From assembly GCF_009914755.1 (NCBI RefSeq), contig NC_060933.1: a stretch of 64,000 nucleotides of DNA. One strand, given 5' to 3'. The stretch is from the human T2T-CHM13v2.0 reference genome, Homo sapiens. Position 1 is the first letter of the stretch. Every line of letters begins with the position of its first letter. Under the pieces are notes generated by a model. It was not told the origin of the DNA, ran no database searches, and was given only the letters and a program-made list of their open reading frames with translations. The position numbers and the translations under genes are program-made. Shown piece by piece: positions 61,756 to 64,000 of this stretch.

Positions 61756-63908
61756 TACTAGCAGGCAAATGATTTACCTTGCAAGACCTCTTCCGGCTCA
61801 TAGTCTGAGCTTCCAAGAAAACAATTGCATAGATGGATGCACAGCCAAAACCTTGCTGATTGGGAAACTGTCACCTGGTTCATTTCTGATGCCATGGCAG
61901 GAAACAAAGAAAATCTACAACAAAGCTCTATTTTTCCAAACAACAAAGAAATGAGTGAATAATTAATTATAATTCCAATGATTGAAGGTGCTCAATAAAG
62001 TTGCTCATCATTATGGTCCTCAACAGACAGCATGGCCATCATTAACCCTCGCTTAGGTTGATCATGTTCAGAGACACTTCTCAAGCCCCTACTTAGCCTT
62101 AACCAAACTCTACTTCCTGACTTAACCTTCTTTCCTTTCCTTCCCTGCTCCACTTGGCTTCTCCAAAACTCATTCTTCTTGCAACTGAAAGCTGCGTTTA
62201 TTTTTTTCTGGCAGCCCCTTTCTCTCCTGGTTCTCTGCTGTGTCTCCTTCTTTCCCTTCTTGGAGTTCTTCAATGGCCACTATCTCTGTTATCTTCTTAC
62301 ATGTTGGTAAATCCTAAAACTCCACCTCTACCTTCCTTTCTTACCAATCCTCACACTTCCCATGGGTAATCTCAGCCACCCCATGGGGTTTTAGCCACCC
62401 AAATGCTAGCAACTCTTAAATCTCAGGCTCTAGCCCAGATGACTCTGCTGAACGAAAACCTGTATGTCTAACTGCTGCTGGGCATCTCCACCAGAATATC
62501 TCCCAGGCATCTCTGATTCATCCTCTGAAAAATTTACTCTTTACCTTTCACCAAAATCTGTTCTTCTTTTTAATAACATCAAACTGTGTCATTGGGTATC
62601 CTTCTTTCCCTTCCTGGGCTTCAGATTTTCCCATCTGTAAAATAAGGAAGTGGGAGTGATTTATTTCTAAAGCCCCTTTCTTTCAATTATGACATCTTGA
62701 GATTTACCTTAAGATCCCAGGACTTTAAATGATGCTGTGTTCTATCAGCTTGGAAAGCAATATAATGACAAAACAATACTAATAATAGCTGAACTTTATT
62801 GAGAATTTACATGTGCTAGAAATGTTTGTAATCATTACCTATAGGTCATCTCCCTTAGGTGGTCCCACCACTATCATCTTCATTTTGAAGATAAAGAAAC
62901 GAAGGCTAAGGGAGGTTAGGGGATCTGGCCAAAGACACACAGCTGGGAAGTGGCCACACTAAGAGTCAAACCTTCATGGTCTTACATTCCTGGGCTCTAG
63001 ACCTGGGTAAGAGTCTTGAGTTTCTGTCTTGGCCCCAGATTTTGTTAACTCTGTGTCCTTGGGCAAATCTTTTGCTCTTTTATGGCTTCGTTTCTCTGTC
63101 TTTCAGAGTAATACTAGTAGCTAATATTAACTCTTGCAGACTTGCAAGATTAAATGAAATAACACGGTGAGTTACAATCTAAGGATGTTTCTACCCATAT
63201 TCCTTTGTTCTCCATGGTGCTTAGCCCTTCTCACCCAGGCAGAAAGGTGGCTACTCTCCCAGGCATTCATTGCTGCAGGGAAGGGATACAAGCTAAGAAT
63301 TCAGAGAAAAGATTTGAAAGCTTAGACCTTATGGGAGCTAGGATATTAACACTGATTTGAGGAAAACAATGTGGAGTCAAAACAAGGCTTCCTGTCCCCC
63401 AAGCAGAAGAAAAGATTCCTCAGAAGCAAAGAGTAAGTAGATGTTGAGGCTTTCAGAGAAGGAGGTCCCATCCTCCCCAGCAGCACACATCTCTGTGTGT
63501 GGTAGATCGGAGGGAGGGTGACAGATGTTCTAGATAGACTCAGAAATCTGAAAGCAAAGGGGGCTTCTGTCCCCAACCACAGCTCAGAAATCTTCTCTGT
63601 AGAAGTAGCTGAGTCTCAGATCTAGGCAGAAGATCCTGAGACTACCTCCCAGCATTCGTGCTCCCCGGACAGTTCAGGCACTACAGAAAGATCCTGGGGG
63701 CCAGAGCAGTGGGGACACAACTGAGGGTGTTACAGGATGCCTTGCAATCAGGGTAAAGGAGAACCCAGCAGCAACCCACAGGACCCACGGGCTGAGAACC
63801 AGGATGTCCCAGCAGCTGGCACCATGGATAGATAACATACTTGACACTACATGCCATACTCTCTCCCAGTACCCAAATGCCTCAATTTCCTATAAGACCC
63901 CTGGAACT

Positions 63909-64000
63909 GGCCAGGATCACACCTGGGATTCCAGAACTTTGGGAGGCCAAGGTGGGAGGATCACTTGAGCCCAGGAGTTCAAGACCAGCCTGGGCAGCAA
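63909..64000 (+). mobile_element. AluJ/FLAM 5' part, cut by the window edge
   Basis: TTTGGGAGGCCAAGGTGGGAGGATCACTTGAGCCCAGGAGTTCAAGACCAGCCTGGGCA. Confidence 0.9.

Noticed and set aside
63608-63643. Small hairpin AGTCTCAGATCT...AGATCCTGAGACT as an ncRNA
   Set aside because: The stem is only about 12 bp with a bulge; too short for a pre-miRNA and expected by chance in 64 kb.

Overview
Primate (human/great-ape) non-coding genomic DNA, intronic or intergenic, dominated by interspersed repeats. I find no host protein-coding exon, RNA gene or CRISPR array, and I cannot name the locus. The only real long ORFs belong to a full-length L1PA2-like LINE-1 (3056-9158). It has an intact promoter, an intact ORF1, an open 114-codon antisense ORF0, and an ORF2 broken at one spot. 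It also carries a 28-nt 3' transduction inside its target-site duplication (TSD). The window also holds three 5'-inverted (twin-primed) L1 insertions of very different ages and about 11 Alu-family elements, including an AluY nested in an antisense FAM. There are solo LTRs (MLT1, THE1B, MER31A, MER11, MSTB, LTR16, LTR33, MLT2), a decayed ERV-L pol relic, hAT relics and many MIR/L2/L3 fossils. Several repeat-free islands carry clustered TF motifs and may be enhancers. I see no evidence of a genuinely new biological system. Subfamily calls come from recalled consensus sequences, not from a RepeatMasker/Dfam run, and coordinates of old repeats are approximate.
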